This document shows, piece by piece, positions 41,301 through 49,881 of a stretch of 64,000 nt of DNA (its first letter is position 1; each line of letters opens with the position of its first letter). Below the pieces are notes generated by a model. It saw nothing but the letters and a program-made list of their open reading frames with translations. It did not search any database and had not been told where the DNA came from. The DNA lies in NCBI GenBank assembly GCA_944372095.1, contig CALVYG010000049.1, positions 954 to 64,953 of the forward strand. The letters are read 5' to 3'. The translations under genes and the position numbers were made by a program. Source of the stretch: an uncultured Clostridia bacterium. Lineage in GTDB: Bacteria; Bacillota; Clostridia; Christensenellales; DTU072.

Positions 41301-44300
41301 ATCAGAATCTTGTTCAAAAGCTCTTTTTTCCAATTCTCCCGATAAATCGTTTTCTCTTTCTGCATTTTCCCAATCAATAAATTCATAAGTTTCAACTTTG
41401 GAATAAATACCGTCATCGGTTTGATTGAACAACTTTACTTCAAAATTTGTATTATCCCACCCAAAATCTTCCTTTCTCGTTGTTGTATTCAAAAATCCAT
41501 AATTAGGCTTTGACGAATCACCTTCGATTTCCAGTAAAATATAACATGTATTTTTAAGAATGCCCGGTAAATCTGCATAGAAATAATAATATTCACTAAA
41601 TTTTTCCTGATTATATAACAAATAGTAATCAGCATAATATTCTTTCCCTTCTGTTATTTCCGGTCTGGATTCATCTTGTTTATATAATTCAAGCAAAGAT
41701 GTTCCTTCTGAATTTAAATCGTAATATCTTGCCACTCTGATAGCAACGTATGTAGCGGAATTATATCCTCTGCTGTAATCCATCCTACTGTAATTCGGGT
41801 CAGACACATCTGTAATCCTGTCAGGGTCTTTCAATACGCTTAACTCTAACGTTCTTCGAAGTATATATCCGGTAATTCTTGTATTTTCATCATTAAGTCT
41901 TAATCCGGGCTCAATATTATAACTTGAAGAAATCAGTTCAAATTCGTCGTGAGTCATTTCTTCTCTGGGATCCAAGGTTACTTCTCCGCTGATATCCAAT
42001 TCCTGGTCATAATCACTTGCCAAATATGATGAATAAAAAACATTATAGTTATACATTATATTGTTTTTAAAATCGTAATCGAAAACATTGGAATATTCAG
42101 AAAGAGCAGAAGATAGTCCGGTTCCCTCTTCTTGTTTTAAAGTCGCTTGCGCGGTAGCGTCAGAACCTTGTGCTCTCTTTACTTCGTCGGTTCCGTCATA
42201 ATATTTTATTGCAGTATAATCCGTAAGATTAAGATAAAGCGTTACAGGGTTTATCCTAAACTGAGAAGGAATATTCATATTAACCACCGCTACGCCTACA
42301 TTATTTCCGCCGGATTCGATAGTTACCGATGATTTTCCCAAATCACAAGAATCAATATTTACCGCAGTAGAAGAATTACTAAGCATATATGACAAAGAAT
42401 AAGTTATATAATACTCTCCAGCATACAAAGTACTTGTATAAGGTGTATAAGCAGTTCCTTTCTCATCCTCGTAATCTCCGGGTTTTTTATCAAGCTGACT
42501 TTTTTTCGCAATTTGCATTAATACAAAAATATAATTATAATTGCCTATTACTTTTCTTTCCGAAGTACTGCTTATAATCCTTATACGCCAATTTTCTAAA
42601 CTTGTAGAAATATCATAAGTTGCATCGTCATGTTTTCCGTTACCGTCTAAATCAACTTCGGTAAGCGACCTTCCGTTAAGCACTACTTTACTGAAATCTA
42701 TATCGGAAGTATTCCATATTTCCCCATAATACGCACTCGTGAAATTTACCATAAATTCAGATATATCAATTATAATTTCCGGCGGTGTTATTGCAAAGCT
42801 GTCATAATATTCATATTGCTTCATGACACTGTTTTCGGAAGAAGTTAATCCTTCTTTTATTTGTCTTGTTGTCCCCTCCGTGTCAACATCAGCATAAGAC
42901 TTCCATACTCCATTTTGATTTTCGCCCAAGTCAATTGTATAATTTGAAGCTATTTGATATATTCCTATTGATATAAAAACAACGATATGGTCATATGTCC
43001 TGATTTCATATCCAGGAAAATATGAACCTGTGAAAGATAATAAAGATGCTGTGCTGCTTTGAATAGAATATAAATCGTTTTCATATCCACCCATAGCCGC
43101 CCATGCGTTACCTGCATTCATTCCGCTTACTGAATTTGTAAACAGCTCTGCCGCACTGCTTTTATTGATATAATATGTTTTCAAAAATGAAAAACGGTTA
43201 TCGGTTGTAGCAACAAAAGTATTATCTGATTGTTTTTCAAAATATGTTCCCGAAGGCATATTTTGACCGTTTTGATCGGAAAAAAGTACGGCTTCCGTAT
43301 AAGGCGATATAAACGGAGCACTTATTACATCGTTTTCTTTTTCAACACTTATACCTATTCCATCTTTTATGCTGACTTTAAGCGTAGCTTTTGCGACAGT
43401 AAGCTCTTGAATATAATTATCCCTGTTATATAAAAATCTTACTGCATAATATGTTCCTGTTCCGTCGATACTCTCATAATAAAAATACTCCGCGCCCTCG
43501 GTTGCACCTTCAATCTGAATATAATACGTCCCGGCATTGACAGTATCTGCATCAGCTAGTTGTTGTTGAAGTTCTTTTTCCCTGTACCAAACTAACCTTA
43601 AAAATGCAGCTACGCTACCGCCTCCGCTGAACAGTTCGCTTTCCGCACCAAAAGTTGTATTGTTTAATAGAGTAGAAAAACCGTATGATGCTTTAAAAGG
43701 CTTTCTGCTGCCGTCGCTGAATGAATAATAAAAATGCTTATCGTCTGATGCGGCGGAACTACTGACATTTGAGTCATACAAAACAATATTATCTATCCAT
43801 TTAGTCGTACTGTCATATACAGGATTAATGTTCAAATTGTTTTCTATTTGCCCGCCTATACTGCTTCCGAATGCAACTGTAGTCGTAATAAACAATTCAA
43901 AATTTGTTGTACATTCAAAACTTGCTGTATAATTTTGTTCTTTTGTAATAACTTCGATCGGTTTCGGCTCACCGGAATCAGCACCTGTAACATTTGTGAT
44001 ATTAAGATTTGAATATGAAGTATATTCCAAATTAAAATTGTAGTTAAAAGATATTTTTTCTATTATGTAGTCTCCGGCGACAACATTTTTTCCGTCATTT
44101 TCTAAAATATTAGAATTACTTATTTCTTGCCCATACCAAGTTGTTCCGCTTACCCAAATTCCAGTGACATTAATCTCATTTGAATTTAACCCGAATAAAA
44201 CATTATCAGGCGTAACGCTCACGTCAGACCCTGCGGGATTGCTTCCTCCGACAAAATCTTTAGATACCAATTCTGAATCATTTACATCACCTTGCCACCA

Positions 44301-44672
44301 TGTCGTATAATCTTTATATTTATATTCGTTAAAAGAAAACTTTACTCCGATTTTATTTAGAAGTGAAACCGAAGAATCAGCAGACAGTTTTGAATGCCAC
44401 TTTTTTCCGTCTGTAACATCTATAACAATTTTCCCAAAAAGAGAAGATTCTGCGCCTTCCGAAATAGGAACAACTGTAATTTCATCAGTTTTTGGCGGTG
44501 TACTTTCTTGATAGCTAACCGCATATGCCGAATTATTTTCTGCATATTCTGAAAATTCCAGCTTTGAATTACTAAAAACCGCACAGGCCAAACATGTAAG
44601 TATACCTAACATAAAACCCATGGAGCATACTAATAGTTTCCAAATAACATTTTTTACGCCGGTTATTTTCAT
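35382..44672 (-). CDS. Giant surface protein (3096 aa): N-terminal signal/anchor, many MBG/YDG-type repeats, C-terminal TM anchor
   Basis: Uninterrupted 9.3-kb ORF with a GGGAGG RBS. The N-terminus is WKLLVCSMGFMLGILTCLACAVFS. Repeat starts include INPVTLYLNLTDYTAIKYYDGTDEV, VKRQTLVLDINPSQQVSYDGTNLI, ITKRLVGVSYVAGTNDKISKEYDGTDKV and IEKAELTIKVND. The C-terminus WLLYVGIAVAVVLIACAIIIVVKKA has no LPXTG. Confidence 0.85.
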   Translation of the reverse strand: MKITGVKNVIWKLLVCSMGFMLGILTCLACAVFSNSKLEFSEYAENNSAYAVSYQESTPPKTDEITVVPISEGAESSLFGKIVIDVTDGKKWHSKLSADSSVSLLNKIGVKFSFNEYKYKDYTTWWQGDVNDSELVSKDFVGGSNPAGSDVSVTPDNVLFGLNSNEINVTGIWVSGTTWYGQEISNSNILENDGKNVVAGDYIIEKISFNYNFNLEYTSYSNLNITNVTGADSGEPKPIEVITKEQNYTASFECTTNFELFITTTVAFGSSIGGQIENNLNINPVYDSTTKWIDNIVLYDSNVSSSAASDDKHFYYSFSDGSRKPFKASYGFSTLLNNTTFGAESELFSGGGSVAAFLRLVWYREKELQQQLADADTVNAGTYYIQIEGATEGAEYFYYESIDGTGTYYAVRFLYNRDNYIQELTVAKATLKVSIKDGIGISVEKENDVISAPFISPYTEAVLFSDQNGQNMPSGTYFEKQSDNTFVATTDNRFSFLKTYYINKSSAAELFTNSVSGMNAGNAWAAMGGYENDLYSIQSSTASLLSFTGSYFPGYEIRTYDHIVVFISIGIYQIASNYTIDLGENQNGVWKSYADVDTEGTTRQIKEGLTSSENSVMKQYEYYDSFAITPPEIIIDISEFMVNFTSAYYGEIWNTSDIDFSKVVLNGRSLTEVDLDGNGKHDDATYDISTSLENWRIRIISSTSERKVIGNYNYIFVLMQIAKKSQLDKKPGDYEDEKGTAYTPYTSTLYAGEYYITYSLSYMLSNSSTAVNIDSCDLGKSSVTIESGGNNVGVAVVNMNIPSQFRINPVTLYLNLTDYTAIKYYDGTDEVKRAQGSDATAQATLKQEEGTGLSSALSEYSNVFDYDFKNNIMYNYNVFYSSYLASDYDQELDISGEVTLDPREEMTHDEFELISSSYNIEPGLRLNDENTRITGYILRRTLELSVLKDPDRITDVSDPNYSRMDYSRGYNSATYVAIRVARYYDLNSEGTSLLELYKQDESRPEITEGKEYYADYYLLYNQEKFSEYYYFYADLPGILKNTCYILLEIEGDSSKPNYGFLNTTTRKEDFGWDNTNFEVKLFNQTDDGIYSKVETYEFIDWENAERENDLSGELEKRAFEQDSDAGFYHLSVINSITILNYNIVLKDEITDETINGNDIGIEITKVVKLPEEVFDIQEEDVDKGRNLVYDKTDKISLVYTSDIQKSFILITRHDEYEAIRQNSEFLQPDGSSNFMSLINVIGFSIGGETEDVSDDRVYDPSEFTRDIYNMRLAGDYILEVSTPETTNYKKVTTTVTIRVYCAEITVYATAAIRTYMSNYDPDNEIKADVSEDRMKFLTSAELENYIAYMDPNTYELYPTNVGGDYIRTYIYYKNDDPTSGLYDTSLIRLYYVGLADGDSFSPETDKEAVVSIDTSCFIVGGEYVDQAGRKSGAVILSGAYKQNYRFNYIAGDLYVKRQTLVLDINPSQQVSYDGTNLIPESNVLTEDGLPAPANLTQYIAAYYAKGTDGKYHIFVRDFSSDTVIIKEGIISSGPAESQTGDYYFYFETYFDENGTEVNVEKKGSEIYAVIENVEYKLYANGSLYYYYVDNDREKAKITITREEIYIYNDGVGYYYYDENNLSLTKTYLSENIEPDFEIESDNGREAYIDIVEGRKIYIEINEDDNASILNRNIKNVFYDIYGNKGGYLLKVYASPSESAGGSATNYSRTKTQVVIFSVEILEVDLLEHQSGNYSGTVINPIWDDEFIDDEYALKEFGEYYKGTTLENNDVILPGSWAKLEVAYIDSIPKFSYMYTEEENFADSKLQMFAEYELGLPGDFRAASEGDIIKDAGLYVVLVKATINNAVASEGEDVVNMRNNLRFKNRTSQSKFEGSLYTPDEDYEAYFVLYLVIERSDDINIVVSASNSVVVNSEENGNGYLGTYSKTYDSEELWFKETMRVLGEDSTNGEIINVRAYMSTTPEYINDYSYLYFKSENGEVVDKWIENTYINLTHVNEFYITFIANFNDTTEAAFEGRNSTYNNNYITYKLVYKVRIDARRLIININTRDPETGAEPDKPEDLSYKFYGMTNESVEDKFFFTFENWAGNDGNILLPLITEMPKIDWEAGGLKTDNDPQGQKKSAGTDYYVKAMEGKEPVSTVMVDGINVYYTDYAFEYSNTLDFEIKKLQLSIGGSYPCVVIDESKPYAGIALTPDIKRYGWDGSDLDIGEDASFTKEVTFIGRINNYDPSRTDYTDADAIRDVAGAINVDYYLFRISIGSSRNYIGIEEPFYWVFAVEKSELILEFVDEYGLVSRGYANMTYTGVEGVYPTFGVKYEGFKGDDDRADNKSTQQIKFRPDTIPDGYCTGISMLGLVNPLFVFVDAETGEELINEDGTTYMPVNAGEYYIKIVISEGQYGYADNYKIVVKYAEEDGKTLYPVLNITKRLVGVSYVAGTNDKISKEYDGTDKVIENSVVPQGTDVAGNYSFSKQSGDTGLVAGDFISLKINYALSRYARKDVYDEYEVMSDIDVYLYVEPVLLGDDAENYQLSMDMSDTFTNEGVTYIRLCGVINPARATVRFLNKQGQIVNILRVTYNGEPQPAIVEVDGVNGEILTVENGDYTVWYKSEKSNWDSDIAPTNCDYYEVIVTITNKNYSESPQTGYLEILQAEVEINFGGEGIQMYGNVTEGLTAVANGVKGYSTVLGVNYYYLTEEGEQGDLVPDISIAPAGTYIAEAIHQETDNFAYKRATEYFTISRRDTTINYDVAPRYKYTGTSVSIRMYFIDNGEEYYPKLIFDKLIEGVWVPDNYTINENGEITSIGANPSSAGEYRVKAYEILENYYITDPVWCNFIIEKAELTIKVNDITVNEGTVYSPTATMVGCLTNEAISSVVSGLQYRYYTTDGDIVDTMPTAPGSYKITAYGGISNNYNLNYTFGILTINKTKLEATDNTSSDTVSVIIEGSFSVNTQINVSKKQNTEYADMNEAFNSFVSTHGEYINNILKDIYVFSYENYIPTTTGGTTSIKLYMPELFAQASNSDGEYYVAVMASDGSVSVVNGRQEGDYLVVETAEPLVKAVSVLREAEEVNDNQYDWLLYVGIAVAVVLIACAIIIVVKKA

Positions 44673-44707
44673 AGGAAGCCTCCCAAAAACATTTTTCCAG
44701 ATAATTT

Positions 44708-44737
44708 ATTATATAATAATATAATAATTATTGTCAA
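44708..44737 (-). promoter_or_regulatory. Putative promoter of the 3096-aa gene (TTGACA, 18 nt, TATAAT)
   Basis: TTGACA at 44737-44732 and TATAAT at 44713-44708 lie about 35 nt upstream of ATG 44672, just downstream of a terminator. Confidence 0.45.
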
Positions 44738-44796
44738 TAGCGTTTTCAATGTGCCGGAACTTAAAATCATAAATGCAAAATATGTCTCAGAAAAAA

Positions 44797-44842
44797 AACG
44801 CCTTAATCGTTAGAAAAAGCTAATTCATACATTTAAGGCGTT
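44797..44842 (-). terminator. Intrinsic terminator after the typA/membrane-protein unit
   Basis: The minus strand carries AACGCCTTAA...(26 nt)...TTAAGGCGTT followed by TTTTTTTTCTG. It lies 36 nt after the TAA stop codon at 44878-44880. Confidence 0.6.
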
Positions 44843-44877
44843 ATCAAAATTTCTATAACCGTAAAAAAATAAAGAAA

Positions 44878-45900
44878 TTATTTTTTATTTTTTTTCTTAT
44901 TTTTAGGACTATTCGATGATTTAGAATATCTCGCATTATATACAGGAGTGACAATTTTTTCAGATAAATATTGTTCATAATTACATAAAATTAAGCTATA
45001 CCATTTGCTGCCGTAACAAAGCATTACCGCAATTATTATTACTGCTATAAAAATGTCCAAAACTGCCATAAGAATAAAAGGAACTGACAAAATAACTACA
45101 ATAAAGAAATTTTGGACAATCATTTGCAACATAAATATAGCTGAATTTTTCATTTTACTTTTTAACGGCATATCGTAAAGCACTATAGTCGGTATGAAAT
45201 GAACTAAATACATAAGAATAAAAATTGCCGAAATAGACGCAAAAATTATCATAATCCAATGTCCGGCATTTGCTTCGTTTTTCCAAAATTCTCCGATAAA
45301 ATAAACGTACAAATTAGCTATACCTGCAAATAAAATCAAAAAGAAAATTCCGACCAATAACATTTCTTTCCACGTACGCTTTATTCCCTTAAAATATTCT
45401 TTAATCGCCCTCGGAACCGGATTCCCGTAGTTATCCTTTTTAGAAATAAAACTGTCTCCGATTATGAATTTCATAGAAAGATGTGTCATCCCTCCGAAAC
45501 CTATACTGATTATAATCGATGCCACACCGACCACCGCAAAGATTATATAGTATACATCAAGTATCTTCATTTTTATATCCAACGTAGTTACAGTGGATTC
45601 AGATAACCCGAAACCTATTCCGGAAAGCAAATATGGCGCATCAGTTATCCCTGCCAATTTATAAGCTATTGCTTCAACTCCGCCGAATACTTCTAAAAAT
45701 ATAAATAACACCAAAATGGGTATCAATGTGATAAGAAACATTAAATTTGCCGTCAATAATGGACCGTTCCGACGCTTTGCTACTTCTCTGAAATATTTAA
45801 ATCTGCCTGTTTCGACAACAGGAGTCTTTTCTCCGTCTTCTCTGTATTCGGGATAAAAATCCAGCTTCCCAAGCAATTTTAATCCTTTTTCGTTTGCCAT
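44878..45900 (-). CDS. Polytopic membrane protein of unknown function (weak resemblance to YesL/DUF624)
   Basis: 340-aa ORF with at least 6 hydrophobic segments, a GGAGGG RBS and a Lys-rich C-terminal tail (SPKNKKKNKK). The DUF624 resemblance is only pattern-level (FKYFREVAKRRNGPLLTANLMFLITLIPIL). Confidence 0.6.
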   Translation of the reverse strand: MANEKGLKLLGKLDFYPEYREDGEKTPVVETGRFKYFREVAKRRNGPLLTANLMFLITLIPILVLFIFLEVFGGVEAIAYKLAGITDAPYLLSGIGFGLSESTVTTLDIKMKILDVYYIIFAVVGVASIIISIGFGGMTHLSMKFIIGDSFISKKDNYGNPVPRAIKEYFKGIKRTWKEMLLVGIFFLILFAGIANLYVYFIGEFWKNEANAGHWIMIIFASISAIFILMYLVHFIPTIVLYDMPLKSKMKNSAIFMLQMIVQNFFIVVILSVPFILMAVLDIFIAVIIIAVMLCYGSKWYSLILCNYEQYLSEKIVTPVYNARYSKSSNSPKNKKKNKK

Positions 45901-45912
45901 TTTTCCCTCCGT

Positions 45913-47736
45913 TTAATTTGCATTTTTTTCACGAGAAAGCTTTCTCATCCTTTCTGAATGGTCGAGAATTGTTTTCCTTATTCTGAGACTTTTCGGAGTA
46001 ACTTCAAGCATTTCGTCCGTTGACAAAAACTCAATACATTCTTCCAGGCTGAATTTTCTTGGAGTATCCAACGTAAGAGCTTCGTCGCTGCCGGCAGCGC
46101 GCATATTTGTTACGTGTTTTTTCTTACATACGTTTACAGGTATATCTTCCTGCTTCGGAGAATATCCGACAACCATCCCCGCATATACCGGCGTTCCCGG
46201 ACCTATGAATAACTGTCCTCTTCCCTGAGCGTTAAATAAGCCGTATGTCACTGCTTCGCCGGTTTCCCATGCCACCAACGCTCCGTACGGACGCTTCGGA
46301 ACGCTTCCTTTCAATGGCTCGTATCCGATGAAGATACTGCTCATTATTCCTTCCCCTCTTGTTTCCGTCATAAATGCGTTTCTGTATCCCAATAATCCCC
46401 TTGCAGGTATCGTAAACTCCAATTTGGTTCTTGTTCCCATAGGGTTCATCGTAACAAGTTCTCCTTGCCGCCTGCCCATATCTTCCATTACAGAGCCGAT
46501 GCAACCGTCTGGTACGTCTATAATAAGTTTTTCCATCGGTTCACACAGAACGCCGTCTATAACTTTATTGATAACCTGCGGCGTACTGACTTGAAATTCA
46601 TATCCCTCTCTTCTCATATTCTCCATAAGAATAGATAAATGTATCTCGCCTCTTCCGCTGACGATGAATTCATCGCTTGATTTCTCTACAACTTTTAATG
46701 AAACGTCTTTAAGCAATTCTTTCATCAGTCTTGCTCTTAAATGCCTTGAAGTAACAAATTTACCTTCTTTCCCTGCGAAAGGACTATCGTTAACCGAAAA
46801 AGACATCTGCAAAGTAGGTTCGCTTATTTTTACAAAAGGAAGCGGCTCAACACAAGACAAGTCACATACCGTTTCACCTATTGTAATATTCTCCATGCCG
46901 CTGAAACTCACTATATCTCCGACTTTTGCGCTTTCGACCGAAATTTTATTCAAACCGGCAAACTGATAAATATTTGTAACCTTACCGCGATACTTTTCTT
47001 CCGTATGATAATTACAGACCATAACTTCCTGATTTTGCCTTATTACACCGCGTTCGATTCTGCCTATTGCTATTCTGCCTACATAGTCGTTATAATCTAT
47101 AGCCGATACCAAAACTTGAAGCGGACCGTTTTCGTCTCCCTCAGGCGGGTCGATATGAGATATAATTGTTTCAAAAAGAGGTACCAGATTTTTCCCTTCC
47201 TCTTCCGTTGAAAGACTAGCGGTTCCCGCTCTTCCGCTGCAATAAACAACGGGGCTGTATAACTGTTCTTCTGTTGCATTGAGTTCCAGAAGCAAATCGT
47301 ATATTTCGTCCAATACTTCTTCGCATCTTGCGCCGGGTTTGTCGATTTTATTTATGCATATAATTATCTTATGGTTCATTTCCAATGCCTTTTGCAATAC
47401 AAAACGTGTTTGAGGCATCGGTCCTTCATACGCGTCCACCAATAACACAACCCCGTTTATCATTTTCAACACACGTTCCACTTCCCCGCCGAAATCGGCA
47501 TGTCCCGGAGTATCAACGATATTTATCTTTACATCTTTGTAATAAGCAGACGTATTTTTTGCCAGTATGGTTATCCCCCTTTCTCTCTCTAACGCATTGC
47601 TGTCCATAACACAAGTCGGAACCGCCTGATTGTCTCTGAAAATTCCTCCCTGTTTAAGCATAGCGTCAACCAGCGTTGTCTTTCCGTGGTCGACGTGCGC
47701 TATTATGGCTATATTACGCAAATCCTCTCTTTTCAT
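45913..47736 (-). CDS. typA: Translational GTPase TypA/BipA
   Basis: 607-aa ORF. Motifs are [15 protein letters not shown] (G1), [12 protein letters not shown] (G3) and NKIDKP (G4), and the length is typical of BipA. Confidence 0.92.
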   Translation of the reverse strand: MKREDLRNIAIIAHVDHGKTTLVDAMLKQGGIFRDNQAVPTCVMDSNALERERGITILAKNTSAYYKDVKINIVDTPGHADFGGEVERVLKMINGVVLLVDAYEGPMPQTRFVLQKALEMNHKIIICINKIDKPGARCEEVLDEIYDLLLELNATEEQLYSPVVYCSGRAGTASLSTEEEGKNLVPLFETIISHIDPPEGDENGPLQVLVSAIDYNDYVGRIAIGRIERGVIRQNQEVMVCNYHTEEKYRGKVTNIYQFAGLNKISVESAKVGDIVSFSGMENITIGETVCDLSCVEPLPFVKISEPTLQMSFSVNDSPFAGKEGKFVTSRHLRARLMKELLKDVSLKVVEKSSDEFIVSGRGEIHLSILMENMRREGYEFQVSTPQVINKVIDGVLCEPMEKLIIDVPDGCIGSVMEDMGRRQGELVTMNPMGTRTKLEFTIPARGLLGYRNAFMTETRGEGIMSSIFIGYEPLKGSVPKRPYGALVAWETGEAVTYGLFNAQGRGQLFIGPGTPVYAGMVVGYSPKQEDIPVNVCKKKHVTNMRAAGSDEALTLDTPRKFSLEECIEFLSTDEMLEVTPKSLRIRKTILDHSERMRKLSREKNAN

Positions 47737-47752
47737 TTATCGCATACTCCGT

Positions 47753-48619
47753 TTATAAACTTTTGTAAACATCTTCTGTAATAGTAATTCCTACTGTTCC
47801 GTAATCACTGTTTTCGTAAATATTCATTAAAACGTCATTCGGAAAAGAAGGATTTTTAAGTACTACACCGGCAAATTTTACATACGCAACTGCTTTAACC
47901 TTAATTTCAATACTTATATCCTGCCAGGCTTCGCCTAAATTATATCCCATAACTTTATCGGTATTATTTAAATAGTTTTTAATGAAATTTTTAATATCCG
48001 CAATATTCGTATCCACATATATATCTTGCGGAAAACATTCCGTTCCGTCAACAATTATGTTGTACTCGTATCCGCTGACATTATAAGTTTTATCGTCTGC
48101 CTTAAACGTACAAACCGTCCATGATATTTCAAATTCATCGGAAACAGTTAATATAGGTTGTTGCAACTTCCATGCAGAAACATTCAAGGTTATCCAATCC
48201 GAATATTCAGTTTTTTCTCCGGCAATATCAGCTTTTACTTTAAAAGCAACCATACCTTTGTGTCTTGGGAATGCAGTGTTTGTATTTTGAGTTCGTGCTA
48301 TATCCAAAGTCGACTCATCGACCTCTGTCGGGTCGCCGTAATAATAAATATAGCTGTAACTGTCGGCTTTTTTTATTTTATTCCATTTTACTTTTATATA
48401 ATAATCCGTTTCATCGTTATAATTATAAAATTCAGGACTCGGAACGGTTGCCTTATCCCCATAAACAATAACAACAGGAACAACGATTGCCACTATTATC
48501 AATACAGCACAAAAGCTTGCGATAATCGCAAGCAAAGTGTTTTTTCCGATTTTTTTCTTCGTTTTTTTTTCAACGAGACTTTCTGTCTCGTTCGTTGCCT
48601 TTACATCGATTTTTTTCAC
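47753..48619 (-). CDS. Single-pass membrane-anchored protein of unknown function with a beta-rich ectodomain
   Basis: 288-aa ORF. The start codon is GTG (48619-48617), directly abutting the pfp TAA. A TM segment LLAIIASFCAVLIIVAIVVPVVIV follows a Lys-rich N-terminus. Confidence 0.6.
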   Translation of the reverse strand: MKKIDVKATNETESLVEKKTKKKIGKNTLLAIIASFCAVLIIVAIVVPVVIVYGDKATVPSPEFYNYNDETDYYIKVKWNKIKKADSYSYIYYYGDPTEVDESTLDIARTQNTNTAFPRHKGMVAFKVKADIAGEKTEYSDWITLNVSAWKLQQPILTVSDEFEISWTVCTFKADDKTYNVSGYEYNIIVDGTECFPQDIYVDTNIADIKNFIKNYLNNTDKVMGYNLGEAWQDISIEIKVKAVAYVKFAGVVLKNPSFPNDVLMNIYENSDYGTVGITITEDVYKSL

Positions 48620-49864
48620 TTAAACTTTTACCTTTCTTAATTTGGCGAATCTGGGCAAGCCGTCTTCAAGCGGAGCCTTACAGTCCCCTTGAATAAGCGG
48701 CAACGCATAGTCAATAAACTCTTGACTTAAACCTTTATTATCAGGTAATATCCAATTGTCCGGTATTTTCTTTTCAGTATTTGCGGCAAGTTCTATATCC
48801 ATAAGCTCATAACTTATTTCATATTCTTTTCCTGGTTTTCTGATAAACACCACCATTTTATCTGTATTTCCCTCACAAGCACTTCTGACAGCAACTCTTC
48901 CCGCTTCAAAAGCTTCCTCAACGTCTACTTTACTTGCAAGATGCGCACCGCATCTTTGCATTAAACTGAATTCGATTGCCCTTACTTTACCGCCGATTTT
49001 TTCCTTCACATGACCGGCAAGAGTCGCCGCTACTCCCCCAAGCTGAGTGTGTCCGAAACTGTCTTTTGCGGCAGAAGAATCGGCGATTGCTTCCACAACG
49101 TATTTGCCGTCTGCCGTTTTAATTCCTTCGCTCAACGCGACAATACATTTACCTTGATTTGCATCGGCAACATTTTTCACCTGGATAAGGAATTTTTCTA
49201 TATCAAACGCCTGCTCGGGAAGATAAATCAAATCCGGTCCGAGTCCTTTATAGGATGCCAGCGCGCTTGCCGCAGTAAGCCAACCTGCATTACGTCCCAT
49301 AATTTCAACTATCGTTATCTGCCCTTTATCGTAAACCGTCGCATCAAGAAATAATTCCATCATAGTCGTAGCAACATATTTTGCAGCACTGCCGTATCCG
49401 GGGCAATGGTCTGTTCCGTATAAATCGTTATCTATAGTTTTAGGTACACCGATTATATTACATTCGTAACCGCTTTTAAGCAAATATTTACTTATCTTAT
49501 TACAAGTGTCCATACTGTCGTTTCCTCCGTTATAGAAGAAATATCTGACGTTGTATTTTTTGAACACTTCGAGTATTCTTTTGTAATCAGTATCATCAAC
49601 ATCGGCGCTTTTAAGTTTATATCTTACCGAACCGAGAGCGGATGAAGGTGTATTCTTCAATAAATAAAGCTCTTTTTCGTCTTCCTTTCCTATATCATAG
49701 AAATTTTCATTTAAAATGCCCTGAATTCCGTTTGCCGCACCGTATACTTTTGTAATGTTTTTTTGGGCAAGCGCCTCAATAAATACTCCTGCCGCACTGG
49801 AATTTATTACGGATGTCGGTCCCCCCGATTGTCCGAACATACATGCACCGACTAAATTTTTCAT
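48620..49864 (-). CDS. pfp: Pyrophosphate-dependent phosphofructokinase type (diphosphate--fructose-6-phosphate 1-phosphotransferase)
   Basis: 414-aa ORF. The N-terminus GQSGGPTSVINSSAAGV resembles clostridial ~415-aa PPi-PFKs. It has GGNDS where ATP-PFKs have GGDGS, and PKTIDND where ATP-PFKs have PGTIDND. These are the Asp and Lys substitutions associated with PPi use. Confidence 0.75.
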   Translation of the reverse strand: MKNLVGACMFGQSGGPTSVINSSAAGVFIEALAQKNITKVYGAANGIQGILNENFYDIGKEDEKELYLLKNTPSSALGSVRYKLKSADVDDTDYKRILEVFKKYNVRYFFYNGGNDSMDTCNKISKYLLKSGYECNIIGVPKTIDNDLYGTDHCPGYGSAAKYVATTMMELFLDATVYDKGQITIVEIMGRNAGWLTAASALASYKGLGPDLIYLPEQAFDIEKFLIQVKNVADANQGKCIVALSEGIKTADGKYVVEAIADSSAAKDSFGHTQLGGVAATLAGHVKEKIGGKVRAIEFSLMQRCGAHLASKVDVEEAFEAGRVAVRSACEGNTDKMVVFIRKPGKEYEISYELMDIELAANTEKKIPDNWILPDNKGLSQEFIDYALPLIQGDCKAPLEDGLPRFAKLRKVKV

Positions 49865-49881
49865 TCTGTATCCTCCTATGT

